From NCBI RefSeq assembly GCF_009914755.1, contig NC_060948.1: a stretch of DNA of 64,000 nt; one strand, given 5' to 3'. Of this stretch, positions 1-14,285 are shown piece by piece; the stretch's first letter is position 1, and each line of letters begins with the position of its first letter. The notes under the pieces were generated by a model, which saw only the letters and a program-made list of their open reading frames with translations, was not told the origin of the DNA and did no database searches. The translations under genes were made by a program, and so were the position numbers. The DNA comes from the human T2T-CHM13v2.0 reference genome, Homo sapiens.

Positions 1-55
1 TGCTGGCCCTTCTGATGGCTATTCGGTTTGTTGAAAAGGGCTGAGATCTACATTT
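1..55 (-). pseudogene. RFTN1P1: 5' part of RFTN1-like exon 6 with in-frame stop
   Basis: Pyrimidine tract, then ctcagcag|AA ATG TAG ATC TCA GCC CTT TTC AAC AAA CCG AAT AGC CAT CAG AAG = KM*ISALFNKPNSHQK, versus raftlin KMEIFTLFNKPKSHQK. Confidence 0.9.
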
Positions 56-1814
56 CTGCTGAGATTTGTAAAGGTAGTGGAGAGAGAAGAAGTCAACCAA
101 AGATAAAAAGCTGCTTCGTCGGGTTTAGTGGAATCTCTCAGGAGCCTGAATAAATGATATGATGAATGCTGAAATCTCTGTGAGGCTGTATTGTTGTCAA
201 ATAATAAAGCCTCATTCCAAGTAGTAAGGTGAGGCTGCCTTAAAGTAACATGGACCTCAAAGGTTGGGCTTCTAATGGGGGACTTAGGTTTTTAATCTGG
301 AATATAATGAATACTTGTTATCTGGGATTAATGTGTACAGTTAGGTGGTTGAGAAAAGAACACAGCAGATGGTTCTAGAAATTCATACAAATATGTGTTT
401 TGGAAACAAAAGCAGAATGTATTTGGGTCAGAGTGGTCTTTTAAAAAGTAAAGGTACAGAGACACATAAAAACAAAAATACTGCTCTAATGTCAGAAATA
501 TTATATACTCCTGAACTCACTATTTATAAACTGGAATAGTGTTTCCTGGGGCTGAACCCATATTACTTAATCAAGTACATCAAAAATACATCATTGATAT
601 GTAAAAATAAATATGTTCCTGTAAATGAGAGTTCCTGCCTGGAGTGGCAGGTCAGCCCAAACAGCCAAGAAGGCACTGGGGGTGAGGTGCTGAGCTTTCA
701 GTTCCTTCATTTATAGCTCAGTTCTTAAGCAATCAATAATCACCACCACCCATCAGCTGAGCCAAGCCTGCCTATGTGCAGCTGGGCATGGGTTAGCAGT
801 AGCAGCCTCCAGAAGCAAATATCTGGAATTTCAATCTAAGTCTGAAAGTCTATTTTTATGCTCCTCATTTAGTCAAGCAATCAGTTGACCCAGCTTAAAA
901 AGTCTTGCTTACACAGGCTTGTCAGGAATATGCTTTGGTTTCCAAAAATATCTTTTTAAATCATAAGAAAATCCCCACCTTGTGTGAAACAAGAATTTAA
1001 AGGTCATAAACAATGGTTGACATTAGCAAGAAGGACAAAGCAAATTCATGCTCCCTGCATAAGCACTCTTTGATGCTGTTTCCCAAATTTCAGTACCTCA
1101 CAATGTTTTGTGGTATCCAAGTACTAGTTGACTTTTTCCTTTATTTAAATAAATATATTATTTTTTTTTTTAAAAAAAGAAACTTTCTTTCATGAGTATG
1201 AAGGCAATCCACTACCACTTGCCAAAAACAAGGGGTGATGATGAAGTACATTAACACCAAATATGTTCATCTGTCTAACACCTAAAATTATCTCACATAG
1301 GTCACAAAGTCTTCTCTCAGCCCCATCTGAGTGAGCACCAGCAGAGATCACTAGGTAGCAGCGCTGGGCCATGTTACTTCGTCATCAGCAACACCTGAAT
1401 GAGCAGAAGCCATTTCAGGCTTTCCATCCAACAGAACAATTATGAAAGGAAGGTGCCTATCTTTGGAAGTGGCCACTTGGATTTTAAACACCAACTCTAG
1501 CCTGTTCATTATCCCCATCCAAAGCTGCTTTTCTCAGCCCTCCTCCTTACTCAGAAGCCATCTCCAGCTAGGAGATACTTTCATACCAGAAATTAGGTCT
1601 TGGTGTATAGAGCTCGCAATCACTAGACTAGTTCATGACTGGAAAATACAAACTTTAGAAATGGAGCAACATGTAATGGAGTGAATCCAGCCATAAATTG
1701 GGGCTGGGGTGGGCAGGAGGTAAACTAGACAGTTGGGTGTTTTCCAGTCCTGGCGGCCAGGGGTTCAAATAAAGCTGCAGCTACCGAGGGCAAGAGGATA
1801 AACAAGGTTTTAGT

Positions 1815-2250
1815 TAGTTCTTGGGTTTATTTGGTTTCCTTTATAAGCAGACCCTGCAAGCTTTCCTGTAGAAGTAGTTTATTTGGGAAGTGATCCCAGG
1901 AAACAGAGGGAAGGAGTAGGAATGGAAAACACGGAGGAGATGGAGATGATGCCAGTGAATAAGTGCATTGAAGAGCATATTACCAATGGGGCAAGTAGGG
2001 CTCAGTCCCACCAGGGACCCACAGACACTGTGTAAAACACACCCAGATTCTTACACCAAGAGCAAGGATTGTGGGACATTTTTCCTCATGAATTGAAAGT
2101 TACTCCTGAGTCATTCATTTCCCAGGGCCCACTCCCTAGAATATCTGCAGGCAGAGAGGCTAAGGAAGCTGTGGGCTTAGCCAGAGCTAACCACAGGTGA
2201 CCCCAACATAGGCTACAGCACCACTCACTACAGCCTGCTACAGTCAAGCA
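1815..2250 (-). mobile_element. Old ERVL LTR (LTR16-like)
   Basis: Motif aagcagaccctg...aagtagtttatttgggaagtgatcccaggaa...ggctcagtcccac resembles the LTR16 family; boundaries approximate. Confidence 0.6.
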
Positions 2251-5200
2251 CAAATATAAATGAATTAGAGAGAAAAAGGAAATCACAACCTCTGCATAGA
2301 AGTAGGTGGGGAATTTGGAAGTGGCCAAAGTCCAAAACTACATGGTAACACTTGATCACACAGAGGGAACTCCCACTCAATGGCAAGACAAAAACACAAC
2401 TTTCCCGAATGCATAATGAACCAGAAAAAGGGGAAGGCCAAAGGAGAAGTGAGAGTGCTGGTGGTGTAATAGAGGAAGACAGAAACCCTCAGAAAAGGCA
2501 GATGGTGTGGACAGCTTTCCTGGCTTGATCCTCCTCAGGGGGCTAGACTGATGCCAGAGACAGAAATAAATTTCTCAGGAAGGAAAAGGAGAGAGCATTG
2601 GAAAAAAGAGCCTCCAAAGAATCAGCAGCAATGAAATATTGGGAGAAATCTGATTGCAGATGCGTAACCCTTGTACACTCACTCCTCTGTCCCATCATCT
2701 TCTTGGCTCTGGTCCTTTCTTTCTTCACATGAAAATCAGTCAAGAGAAACTGTACAAAAGTGATACCCTTTGATGTTTTAATATTCTGATTCTCCAATAT
2801 TGATTCTCCAATACACATCCTCACATGAGCAAGCACCAAAGATTGCAAAAAGAGCCCCATGTTTATTTAAATTTTCTCAGCTGCTCTGTGACTCTCAGCT
2901 GGAAGATTTTTCTAGACATGGGACAGTAAGTCCCAAAGGGGTACGGAAGGCATTGGTTCTGATCATGTTCTGGGAATTGCTGAAGGACTGCACTGGCAGA
3001 GCACCCATTGGGACTCTCTTCTCATCTCTCCCTTTTCCCCACCTTGTCTCATTTAGATCCCTCCTATTGCACATGTGTTTGTTGTATTGACCTAAGCCAA
3101 CCAGAGGAGAATGTGAGGGCAGGCTAAGGGGGTGTGGGGCCCAAGGGTGGGGGTAGTTGAATCCTGCCAGCCTGGGAAACTGGTCCATTCAGGCTTTGCC
3201 AGGCTACTAGGGAGTGGGGAGGAAAGAGGCAGGTGTCCAGCCTTGAGGTCTATGCCTGGGTCTGGGGACTCAGACACAGGATGGAAGGCTGCAGTTTGCC
3301 TGCAGGTGGGGCCCCAGAGAGCCCAGGTCTTGAGGGTAAGCAGGTGACTGGCTGGGCCTCTGGACCTCTGGTCAGGTGAGAAGAAAGAGTTTAGAGGCTG
3401 GCTGAAAATCTGGGGCTCCAAGGGCTAGATGTGGGAGGAGGAGGCAGCTGGCTATTACCTGCACTGGAAAGAACAAGTGGGCATCACACTTGGTGGGGAC
3501 TGCAGGCTGCTGAGGTCATGGGCAGAAGGGACTAAGCAGAAATGTTTGTATTGGGAAGGCAGGCAGTGGGCACCATGGTGGCAAGGCAGGGCAAGAGGGC
3601 AGAAGGGCCGTAGGCTATTCCAGATGCCTAAATCTGGGCAAGGCTGCTCAAGCTTCAGTCAGGATTGGGTACTAATAGCAGGGCACCTCTGGGCCAGCAC
3701 GAGGCCTGCTTGCCAGGGCAGCAGGGAAAGGCAAAGTGCAGGGACTGCTGCATGAACAACAATCCAAGGGAATCCACTTGTAAGGATGACAACAACCACA
3801 GGCATGTGTCCCTTATTTACAAGGGCCTTTCACCTTCACCATCGCATGTGACTCTCCCAACCTTGATGGGAGGGGGCGGCACTGATTATGTGCCCAGAAG
3901 CATTAATTGGATCCCCCAGAAATCACAAGCCTATATGTGGCACAACCAAGGGCCTTTCACACCCCAAACTCTGGGCTCTTTCCCAAATATAACAAGAGGC
4001 TAATTCATCAGGACACAGAAGGCAGGGGCCAATGACTATGCATGGGAACTCAATAGCTGTTTGTTAATGAACTGAGTAAAAGATGAGAAAGATGGCTGCA
4101 GTGTCAGATCTGGGAGGGGGCCATATCATGGGGTCCAACTGTCCCGAGAGTGTAGGGAGGGAAGGAGCCCTACCCCTACATCAGGAAAGCCCTACCCCTG
4201 GGTTTTGGCCATTCACAATAAGCTGGCAGCCAGGGAGTGCTACTGAATAAAATCGTCTCAGCCAGAAACATGATTGGCATCATATGCTCAGGTTTCAGGC
4301 TGACATTTCTAAGCCTTTTAAGTGAGGAGGTGCAGCATAGGAAGGGCAGTGCTTGGAAGACTTATTATTTTGTGTCAGTGAGAATGATTAGAATTTTGTT
4401 GAACCTGTCTAGCCTCCTTGTTTCTCTGATGGAAGTTGTGGCAGCAGAGATGGTGAGGCTGTCCCTGCACAGGCTCAGGTGATCACTGCACAGCATGGAC
4501 CTCCAACCAAAAGGAAATTCCCCCAGACCAGGAAATAAGCGAGCAGGAAGAGGAACACATAGTGGGCCTCCCCTAGAACCTGCAGAGGCAAGGACATGAC
4601 GGCTGCATGGAGCCCGCAGACATGGGGAGGGACGACCTGCCCCTGCTTCCACATGCAGAATCCACTGGAAAGTCCTGTCTGAGAAGTCACTGCCTAGATT
4701 CCTCTCCCCAAGGCCTGCTGTAAAGAAAATAAGTTAACAGAGGAGAAGGTGGGAAGAGGAGGGAGACTCTCTCCAGATTTTTTTTAATTGTCTTGTTGTG
4801 ATTGCCTGTTTAAGCCCACCTGGCAGAAGAGGAGTAAAAACACTTCCCTCCTTAAAGGGCTCGGAGAGAAGACAAGCTGGGAGCTGAGCAGGCAGCCGGG
4901 AGGGGTGCCTGGGGGCAGCGGTGGGGGGTAGCTCTTTGTGACTGTTGGGGAGTGATGGTGAGTGGATTTCCCAGGAGAAAGATTAAGAGAGAGGCTGGGG
5001 GTCAGATGAGGGTCACAACCAAGGGGGACAGGGTCCCTGGACATTCAGCCTTCAAGAAGGCCAAATGCTCAAGCTGTGATAAAGAAATTTAACTGAATGG
5101 GGCCACAAAAGGTGACACCCCCTACTTGTGAAACGGACATGATAATAGCATCTTCTGCCATAAAGCTGTTGTGAGGAGTAACTGAGATGACACGAGAAGG

Positions 5201-7451
5201 ACATAGAATAGTGCACTTGGAGGGTGACTGCCATCATGACCACTGAAAGGCTTATATGTGAAATGATCAAACCCAAAGGCTTATTTATTCCACCAAAGGA
5301 GGAAAAAAGGACAACAGTGAGCTGCCTAAATTTCAGAGATTTGCAGCCTGAGCAGAGAGATAAAGGGGCTGCTTTATGCATAGAGACAGGCAGTGTTTAC
5401 CTGCCTAGGGAGAATGGGCTCGAAGGAGGATTTAATCCCTCCCCCTGGCCTATACTTGCAGAGCTGAAATTCTCATCTACTGGTGGGCTGACCGCCTCCA
5501 GAAACACATGCATTCACCCATTCCTCCCTAGCGGGGTCTGTTTTTCCAGGAGAGAATGGGGACTTGGGTGACGGGATAGTGGCCAAGATGCTGTGGGTGT
5601 CAATTTTTCTGTGTGTTCAGCCATTGGGAGAGATTCTGGGTGAGGGAAGTGAGTGGCCACAGGATAGCATAAAGGTCCTGGGCACCTGGGAAGGTTCCTA
5701 GGACAAGTCTCCCCAGTGAATAATGCTCTCACAGAAGGCAGGAGGTCTGGAAGGAGTCTCAGAGGAAGATGGGCTCTAGAACACAGTAAAAATCTGAAAA
5801 ATCCTGAGGAAACCTCAGTAGTCACTGCCTCCTTTCTCAAAGCCAGGATTCCATGAGAGGTCGATGTCGAGTGTCAGGACTACTGAGCCTGTACCCCAAT
5901 AGTAGCAGCTCATACTCATGAGTCAAGCATTGCCAAGTGCTTTAAATATGTCTTCTTTAACCTTTCCATGAGAAACCATCATTCTATCCCCATTTCACAG
6001 GGTGAGAAATTGAGGCATGGAAGGCAGGTTGGAATGTAAACAGAGGCTAGATTTTTGAGCACTATGTTCCCCACCACTCTGTCACTCCCTCCTTTTCTCC
6101 TGGGGGCCTCTGCTTGGCCTGACCCTTGCCCTCCTACAGTCCTGGACTGCAGAGAAGGGCTCCAATGAGGCCCATCTTCTTGCTCAAGATTCAGAGTACA
6201 CACATCAAGCCCAATCTCCTGAGAAGCTGGAGGTTTCTGGATTAAGGCCTGAGCATTCATGAGGAGGACACACCGGGCTTAAATGCATGCTCAGCTACTC
6301 CATGAGGTGCAGCAGGCACCTGCTTCAAACAGTGAAAAATCACACAAATGAATGGCTCTATTTCTGCGCATACTTAAGAAGGCTCAAGGCCTTGATTAAA
6401 CAGTAGTCTTACTATATCACACAGCTGAGGCAGCTCCAATATCTCCCTCTAAATCAATTTTGCAAATAGGCCCCTGGAATTAACCATCCCATAATTTTCT
6501 TCTCAAGAAGTTTGGAAGTAACAAAACATACTGTTTCTCCTTGTTTTCCCTTCTTGAAGCACTACCTGTTCATTATCACTTGTAAGAGGCTAATTTCAAG
6601 AATTAGTAAATAAATGATAATAACAATATTAACCTGAGAGAACATCCAGAAAGGCCTAAAGAGAAAGCCCTCCTAACCTCTGGGTGTCTTCTGTCAGTCT
6701 TCATACTTGTTCACCTTTCAAAGGCTAGAAGGGGTCATATGGCTCGTCTACATACCTTACTCGCAGGAAATGACTGGATGCTAGATTTCCTGGAGAAAGG
6801 GGAAATATGGATGGTAGATTTCCTGAAGAAAGTAGAGAAAAAGGCAATACAGAGAAACAGAGGGAAACTTTGTTCCCTATAAATCTTGTTGAGGACCTCA
6901 GTAAATTATTTTAGTCTATCACACAGGAAAGAACAAGTAGAAAGGCGTGAAGGGATGTTGGGTAAGTCCACCTGGGTTCATATGCCGGATCTTCCTATTT
7001 CCAGACTGGGCAACAAATTTCCTCTCTAAATCCCAGTTTGCACAGCTGTAAAATATCTTACTTTAGGCAGGTATTTTAACAAGCTGTGTGTAGGTTGTCA
7101 TTGGTGCCTGGCAGGCTGCCACTTTCTGTGTGAAAGCTGGATGATTCAAGGGAAATTTTGAGAGCACAGGAGGTAAAAGAACTCAAGAGTCTAGAATCCA
7201 CTTCAAACATGACATTTTGGAGCACACTGCAAGTCAATTTCATGTGGTTCTGTTCTCTCCATAAATCATAACTTCAGTAAGTAAACAGTCAGGTGGCCCA
7301 GATAACTGCTTGATAAAATTTCTCCTATTTGATGGACTGCTATCTCTACACTCTAATTCCATTCCTTTTTCTCTGAGATACCATGGGGATTAATGAAAAG
7401 CTGTTAGTCACTCTTTAAGTGGGTCAAAACTCCCAGTGCTGACATACTTAC

Positions 7452-7837
7452 TCCCTGAGAGTGGCTCTTCATGTACCTCCAATGAGTCGCCATCTGGGTC
7501 AACCAGTGTCTTGCTCACCCCACGTGGTGAAAGTTGTCCACCATCTCCCTCTCCAGGGGGTGAGCTGGGCTTCTGGGCAATGGGTACCTCCCCTCTGGGG
7601 CCTGAGCAGTTTCTGGGATTTGGTTTCTCCCAGCCAGGGCACCACACATGTTCCTAGTCCCTGGTTTCTCATTCTCCAGTGACACATGATCCCCATGTGC
7701 ATTTTTTTTACATCCCTGGCATTTTCCATGCTGTTGGCAGTAGACACCGGAGCACTGCTGCCTGCCAAATCCACAGGGGAATGGTACTGAGGCATAACAC
7801 CAATGAATTTCAGGCCCTGGCTTGCAGCCTCCTGGAT
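7452..7837 (-). pseudogene. RFTN1P1: RFTN1-like exon 5 (386 bp) with two frameshifts
   Basis: cacag|ATC CAG GAG gives IQEAASQGLKFIGVMPQYHSPVDLAGSSAPVSTANS. A second frame gives HGDHVSLENEKPGT and a third gives SGPRGEVPIAQKPSSPPGEGDGGQLSPRGVSKTL...LEVHEEPLSG. Donor is GGG A|gtaagt. Confidence 0.95.
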
Positions 7838-9149
7838 CTGTGCGGCAAACAAAAGGAAGGGAACCAAGTGAATGGAATCGTCTATCAAAAGGGCATGTGC
7901 AGAGTGCAAAGAGCCTCCCTGAGGCCTGCGAAACTATTTCAGGTGCACATGAAGAATTTCAAGCTGGCAGGAGCCCCGTGTCCTCAGGGACACCTGCCGC
8001 CACATCCTGGTCTGAAGAGGATAGGCTTTTTTTGTTTTGTTTTTGTTTTTGTTTTGTTTGTTTTTTGTTTTTTTAATATGTTGTCTGATGGAAAAATAAA
8101 GCATTGGGTTTGAAGGGTTGAAATCACCATTTTGAAACACTGCAGTAGTCCTTATTAGCCATTTTTTTTAAAGAGGCTGGAAAAGTTCTAAACAAAGAGT
8201 TTGAAAGAGGAAGTTCATTTTGGTAGAGTGTTTTTTTGTTGTTGTTACTTTTTTTCAGAGGAATCACTGACTTCCTGCCCATCAGGCTATTGTGTAACTA
8301 CAGCTTGTCTATATAATCATATACAAAGACCAGATGGCATTTTAGACCCAAAGAGCTCCCTTTTTGGGCAATAGTTTTGGCCAAGAGGGGCAGAAGTGGA
8401 GAAAATCACCCCCGTGCCAAGGCTGTGGCCACATCCTCCACGAGATGCACCATCTGATGGACACCTTGCTCCCTGGTGTTGTTAGGCTTAGGGAAGGTCA
8501 AAGGAGCCCACAGATCATGCCTAGCCCACAGCTACAGACTGACTCTTGGCCCTCAAAGTCCTAGTCCACACCATCCAGCAGCCAGGTGATGGTACCTTCT
8601 CATTCCCTGTACCAACAGGATAGGAGATGAACACCCACCTGGAATGCTGAGGCATTTGAACTCTCCCTCTCCCTAAAAAATACCCCTATGCAATTAGATT
8701 GAGTGTAATTCATAAGTTTGAAAGGAAAATTGAAAGGAATAAAATCTAATAAAATCAAGCAAGAACCAGACCAAATCAGAAGGTAGGATTTAGGGGACTT
8801 TCCAGGCACGAATGCTTAAGTCACTTTACACATAAATAAGGCGGTGCAGACCTCAGAGCTGTCTAAGTCTTTGTCACCAACCCATAAGCAGATGAATTCA
8901 GAAAATCTTGAGGCCTCTGCAGTGTTAATCTATCATCATTAGAGAGTCAGTTTCACCAGGATGGAGCTATTCTCTCTAAAGGAGAAGCAGCCCTGACAGC
9001 TCTTCTCAGAAGAACCACCCTGACATTAAACAGAAAGTCATTTTTGTTCCACACTGCACATCTTGGAAAACTGAAGCTGCAAATGTGCAGTCCAGTCTTT
9101 CTTTAAATCCTAGCCTGTGCTAGACATAAAATAACAATAGTAGTAATTA

Positions 9150-9372
9150 CTGTCTAGTGTAGACCTACTATATCTAGGCATTGAGTTAGGCATTTTACGT
9201 AAGTTAAAACAACAAAATCTTTCATCCTTCAATGACTCTGCATGGTATCACTATCTCCATTTCAGATGAAGACATTGAGGCCCAGAGACATTAATGTCAC
9301 AAAGCAAGCAGTGAGTAGCCAGAGTACAAAACCAGGTCAGGCCTGGGCCAAAGTTCATTCTTTTAATCACAA
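9150..9372 (-). mobile_element. MIR SINE
   Basis: MIR core ctccatttcagatgaagacattgaggcccagaga. Confidence 0.7.
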
Positions 9373-10402
9373 GACTTATTGGATACATCTCAAGGCATCA
9401 ACCACATATATGTCTTTGGGCATGTTTGCGTCCACTCATACACCCAGAGTTGGCTCAATTCATGCTTCAAAAGTTAAAAAAACAACAAAACAAAGCACAC
9501 AAAAAACTTACAACCATCTATTCCATTCAGAAATTTTATTTTTTCTCTCATTAATCTATGATATCCACCAATTTCAAAAGGGTTTCATATAAAAAGAAAA
9601 TATATATATGCTCATATATTCCATATAGCTTATATATTCTATAAAGCTCCTAAAAGAAGGCACAGCAACACAAATTTTAAAATAAAATAGCAGGGAGATA
9701 ATTATACCAAAGAACTCTGGAGACTGAGGAAATCCACCACCTGCAAAGCATACTTCTGAGCTTCCTGGCAACATATGCCAAAAGAGCAAGGCAATGGGTT
9801 TTACAGCCCTAAATGAAGTAAGGAGACACCTGCACTAGCTTCTGCTACTACTATCTTAATGCAGATGAAACAGCTGTGACTACTGAAGCATTTTAATAAC
9901 TGCTTCCACTGAGGACTCAACCGTAGGCCAGGCTCAACTAGACTCATGGAAATAGCATGAAGTTTAAAGGCTTTTGAAAAGGCCTGATGTGGAGCCCCAG
10001 ATGTGTAACTCAACATCTTGGGGAAGCAGAGTAGATTATATAAACTTTCTGTGCCTCAGTTTTCTCATGTACAAAATGAGTGAAAACACACTTATTTTGC
10101 AGTTGCACTGAAGCTTAGTTTAGATATTACATATGGCAAGTGCACCAAAGAATGGGTCATAAAGACGGCATCTTAACTTCTCTCTTTATCAGTCCTGGGC
10201 TTCTGCAACCCTGCAGAGACTGCTGAGTCATCTAGACTGAAGAGACAAGGACTCCAGAAACAGGGCATTATCCTAGCTCTCCCCTTCCTCACTGGGACTG
10301 GAAGAATTGGAAAGGCTTGGACACAGACATCTTCTCTTCCCCCACAACATACCAGACAACCATATTCCCTTGCCATTTTGTACTGCAAATTTATCCTCTA
10401 GG

Positions 10403-10588
10403 CCAGGGGTTCTAAAGTTTTGTCCCCAGACCACAGCATCAGCATCCCCTGGGAACCTGTTAGAAATGCAAATTCTCAGGCCCTAACACAGACCTATTGG
10501 GTCAGGAACGCTGAGAGTGGGATCTAGCAATAGGTGTTTTAACAAGCCTCCAAGTGACTCCAATGCAGCCTGATGTTTGAGAATCATC
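10403..10588. mobile_element. MER5A hAT-Charlie DNA transposon
   Basis: cagcatcagcatcccctgggaacctgttagaaatgcaaattctcaggccc...tttaacaagcctccaagtga...tttgagaatca. Confidence 0.85.
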
Positions 10589-13304
10589 AATGTGTCTAGA
10601 ATACACATCTCATGAGGGCTTGGGTATTTTACACTGCTGCATCCTCAGTAATAGAATGATGTCTGACATATAGCAGGTCCTCAATAAATATCCGTTGAAT
10701 GAATGAATACATTAAATAATGGATGAATAAGTATGTCTTCTCTCCCAGAATGAGCTTCTTGAAGGTAGGGATGGAGACATCATTTTTCTGCTCTAGAATT
10801 CAACAGTTAATAAGCCCCATACACTGGCCCAGACCAACACAGTGGTTAGGTATCAGAAATATAAAATAGGATCCCTAACCCTCAAGAAGATTTGATGAAT
10901 TATTGTGAACAGACTTTAAAAATATTTACACTATCTTGGAACAATAATGCTCATAATGACATGTAAAAAGTCAAGATTCTAAACTTCATTGACTTTATTA
11001 TGACAACTATGTAATATACATACATAAACTATGCATAAAAAGAGTCACCAAAACAAAAACAGCACTGTATTTAGGGAGTTGGGCTATGATTGATTTTTTT
11101 TCTTTTACTGTGTAATTTTCAAAATTTACCTAAGGGGCATGGATGTTATTTTAGTAGTGAAAAAGTAAATATTGTAAAAATTACTCATAGAGGAAAATAT
11201 AGTAATGGATATGAAGGTATATAAATGACAGTGACAATGGTGATCATTTCTGCCTGAAGGGGAGGTTGAGAAAATTTCTCAGAGTAGATCAGGGATGTAA
11301 CAAATGACACGGTGTAACACAAAAGGAAGAGTGAGAAATGTGGCAGAACTGGAGTGTGTATGCCTCACCTTAAAGCATTCAAATCCATTTTTTTTTTCAA
11401 AATGTCACGCTAGGTAAAACATATTTGGGATCTACTCTGCAGAAGGCTTTGAGGAACGAATAACAGTTCACTAGGTATGTAAAGGAAAAGGAGAGGGCAA
11501 TCCATGTAAAGGCAAGGATGGATCATGACAGGCAAAAGCTTGACAGTATGCAACAGCCTGATGTGTTGAGGAAATTTCTAGACATATCTCAGGAACATGA
11601 CGTGAGAAGCCAACAGAAGCCCAGAAATAAGGCTTGACTAGACATTACAAGGACTGACACACATGTGGACTTGTATTCATGCCCACAAAAACTCTGACTT
11701 CACCATGTAGGCCAGCATATCCAACTGTCCCACCAGAGTCATAACTTCAAGAACAGAGGAGAGCGGGAGTCTGAGGGAAAACTAAGATTTCTTCGAATGC
11801 TCATCTTTAACCTTCAACTTCAGTGCAAATATTGTATCTTACACCATAGTGCTGCCTAGGATCAAAACCTTTCAAACGATGTCAGAGTTAAATGCTGCCC
11901 TTATCCCATGTGTTCCAGGGAAATTCACACCCCCAAGAAGAGGAAGCATATTTGTAGCTCTGCTTATTTCCTTCAAATAGATTCCTGGAAGTGGAATTAA
12001 TGAGTGAAGGGATATTAACTTTTCAAAGGCTTGGTAGAGGCTGCCAAATTGTTAAACAGAAAGGATGAGTAGTCTTTTTAACTAGAAGACCACATTTAGA
12101 TTATATGAAGATCAATATTTGGCTAGACCTAGGAGACACGACTCTTGTGGTTCTGTCTTACCATAGTATAGACACTTTCCTCTTTTTCAGAAAGTGATTT
12201 GACTGTGTATTGATGGCTAAATTAAATCCTGCTTCTCATTCATGCATTTATAACCTTCACTGAGCCAGTCTGATGTTTATCATGGTGCTGGGCCTGTGAT
12301 GTATTCATGAGAGTTCCCCAGCCACCAGCTCTCCTCCACTGTATACTTGGTGACCTCCTGCACTCACATGGGTTCCACAAATCCGATGTTAATTATTTCC
12401 AAGTGTGAACTCCTAGCCCTGGCTTTCCTTGGAAGTTCAGACCTACAAAGTAGATGATCACAGTTGACGGGCCCGCTGTCAATCTGGTCTCTCCAACTGG
12501 AATCACAGTATCTTCTTTCCTTTCTCTAATCCTGTGTATCTGTTCACCACACCCTGTCACGTTTATCCCCCAATGTTTGTGGAATTACTTCTTCATTGAA
12601 GAGGCATCAGGTTGGATGGGCTGGATATCTGTTTAAACTGAAATACACCCTCACCCACCTTCTTCTCATTTCTGCTGTCTGTAAGAAACGTTCTGCCCCA
12701 AATACTTAAAGGAGTAACTATTTGTGGTTTAGGCACTGAAAATTAAATATGGCTGTTTTGACTGATGCACAACTTCAGTTAGTTGCTCTATAATGAATAA
12801 GGATAAGCTCCACTGTAACTGTATTCAGGAATCATAATGTGAAAAATATTTCTTTTTTAAAAAATTTAGTTATATAAAAAGTCTCAACTCATTGTACAAA
12901 AATCTTTGGTTATATATTTGAGGAATCACTTTTATTTTTAATAAAATTAATTTTTTAATTAAAAATAACAATATGACATTAGATTTCAAGGCTGAATTAT
13001 CTGTTTCTACATCTAAAATGAATACCATGTTACTAATGATGACTGCAATATATACTCTATGTGCATGTAAATATACATATTTGTACTTTAGAGGATGCGT
13101 ATCAATCAGGGTGAGAAATCAGTTAGAAGGAAGTGAGACACAGATTGGATTTAGTAAAAATGAAAGCTATATGGAACATAGGAAAAGGAAGAGAGAAGCC
13201 CAATGCTCACAGGTCAATTAGAGTGCCCATAGCCTGTAGTACATAGCATGGGTAAAGAGACAGACACTTCCAAGACTGTTTTGTCTGACTCTAAGGAGGG
13301 AGGT

Positions 13305-13700
13305 ATCACAGTTAATTTTTTGTCCACTTGACTGAACTATGGTGACCAGATGTTTGGTAAAACACTAGTCTAGATGTTGCTGTAAAGGTATTTTTTAAAT
13401 GTGTCATTAACATTTACAATCAGCTGACTTTCGGTAAACTGAATTCCTCTATTATTAGGTCTCATCTAATCAGGTGAAGTCTTCAAGAGCAAAGACTGAG
13501 ATTTCCCAAAGGAAAAAGAATTCTGCCTCTGGACTGCAACACAGAAGTTCTCCCTGAGTTTTCCCCCTTCAAACTTAAGACTGCAACATCAATCCTTACC
13601 TGAATCTCCAGTCTGCTGGACTGCCCTGCAGATGTCAGACTTTTTGGACCCCACAATCACATGAGCCAATTCCTTAAAATAATCAACTTTCTCTCTCTCC
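13305..13700 (+). mobile_element. MLT2-type ERVL LTR, 3' truncated
   Basis: gttaattttttgtccacttgactg...aacactagtctagatgttgctgtaaaggtatttt...cccacaatcacatgagccaattccttaaaataa. Confidence 0.8.
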
Positions 13701-14094
13701 ACCAGGAGGTAGGGGGAATAATATAGCACAGGACAAGCTGATGGAGGTCTCTAAATGTAAACCTGACTGGGCCTGAAATAAAAGATGGGTACAGGCTCCC
13801 AAATGACAGTGAGCCCCAAACAGAAACAAGACAACTAGGACCTCATCAGGTATTGATTCCAGTTCCTACGTGAGAGGCTGAAGTGTGGCAGGAAGGCTTT
13901 TAGCCATCACTGTTGCCCAGGTAAAGGAAATTTCCCCCATTGTGTTTTGAGGAGAACTGCTACATACCAGGTAAGGGAGGTTATATCTATAACTGATGGA
14001 TTTATTTTCTACAAGTTATATAATAAAGTTAATGAAATGCCTGTAATTAGGAATTAATCCTGGGAAACAGGAACTTACTGCTACAAAAATAGAG

Positions 14095-14285
14095 AGCTGG
14101 GCTGTCCAATATGGCAGCCACTAGCCACATGTGGCTATTTAAATTTAAATTAATTTAAATAAAATAAAATTTAAATATTCCACTCCTTAGACACATGAGT
14201 CACATTTCAAGTGCCCACCAGCCACTTGTGGCTGATGTAGAATATTCCATCATCTCAGAAAGTTGTCTTGGGTAGCTCAGCTATA
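14095..14285. mobile_element. MER3-like hAT-Charlie element
   Basis: gctgtccaatatggcagccactagccacatgtggctatttaaatttaaattaa...cacatttcaagtgc...agaatattccatcat. Confidence 0.75.
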
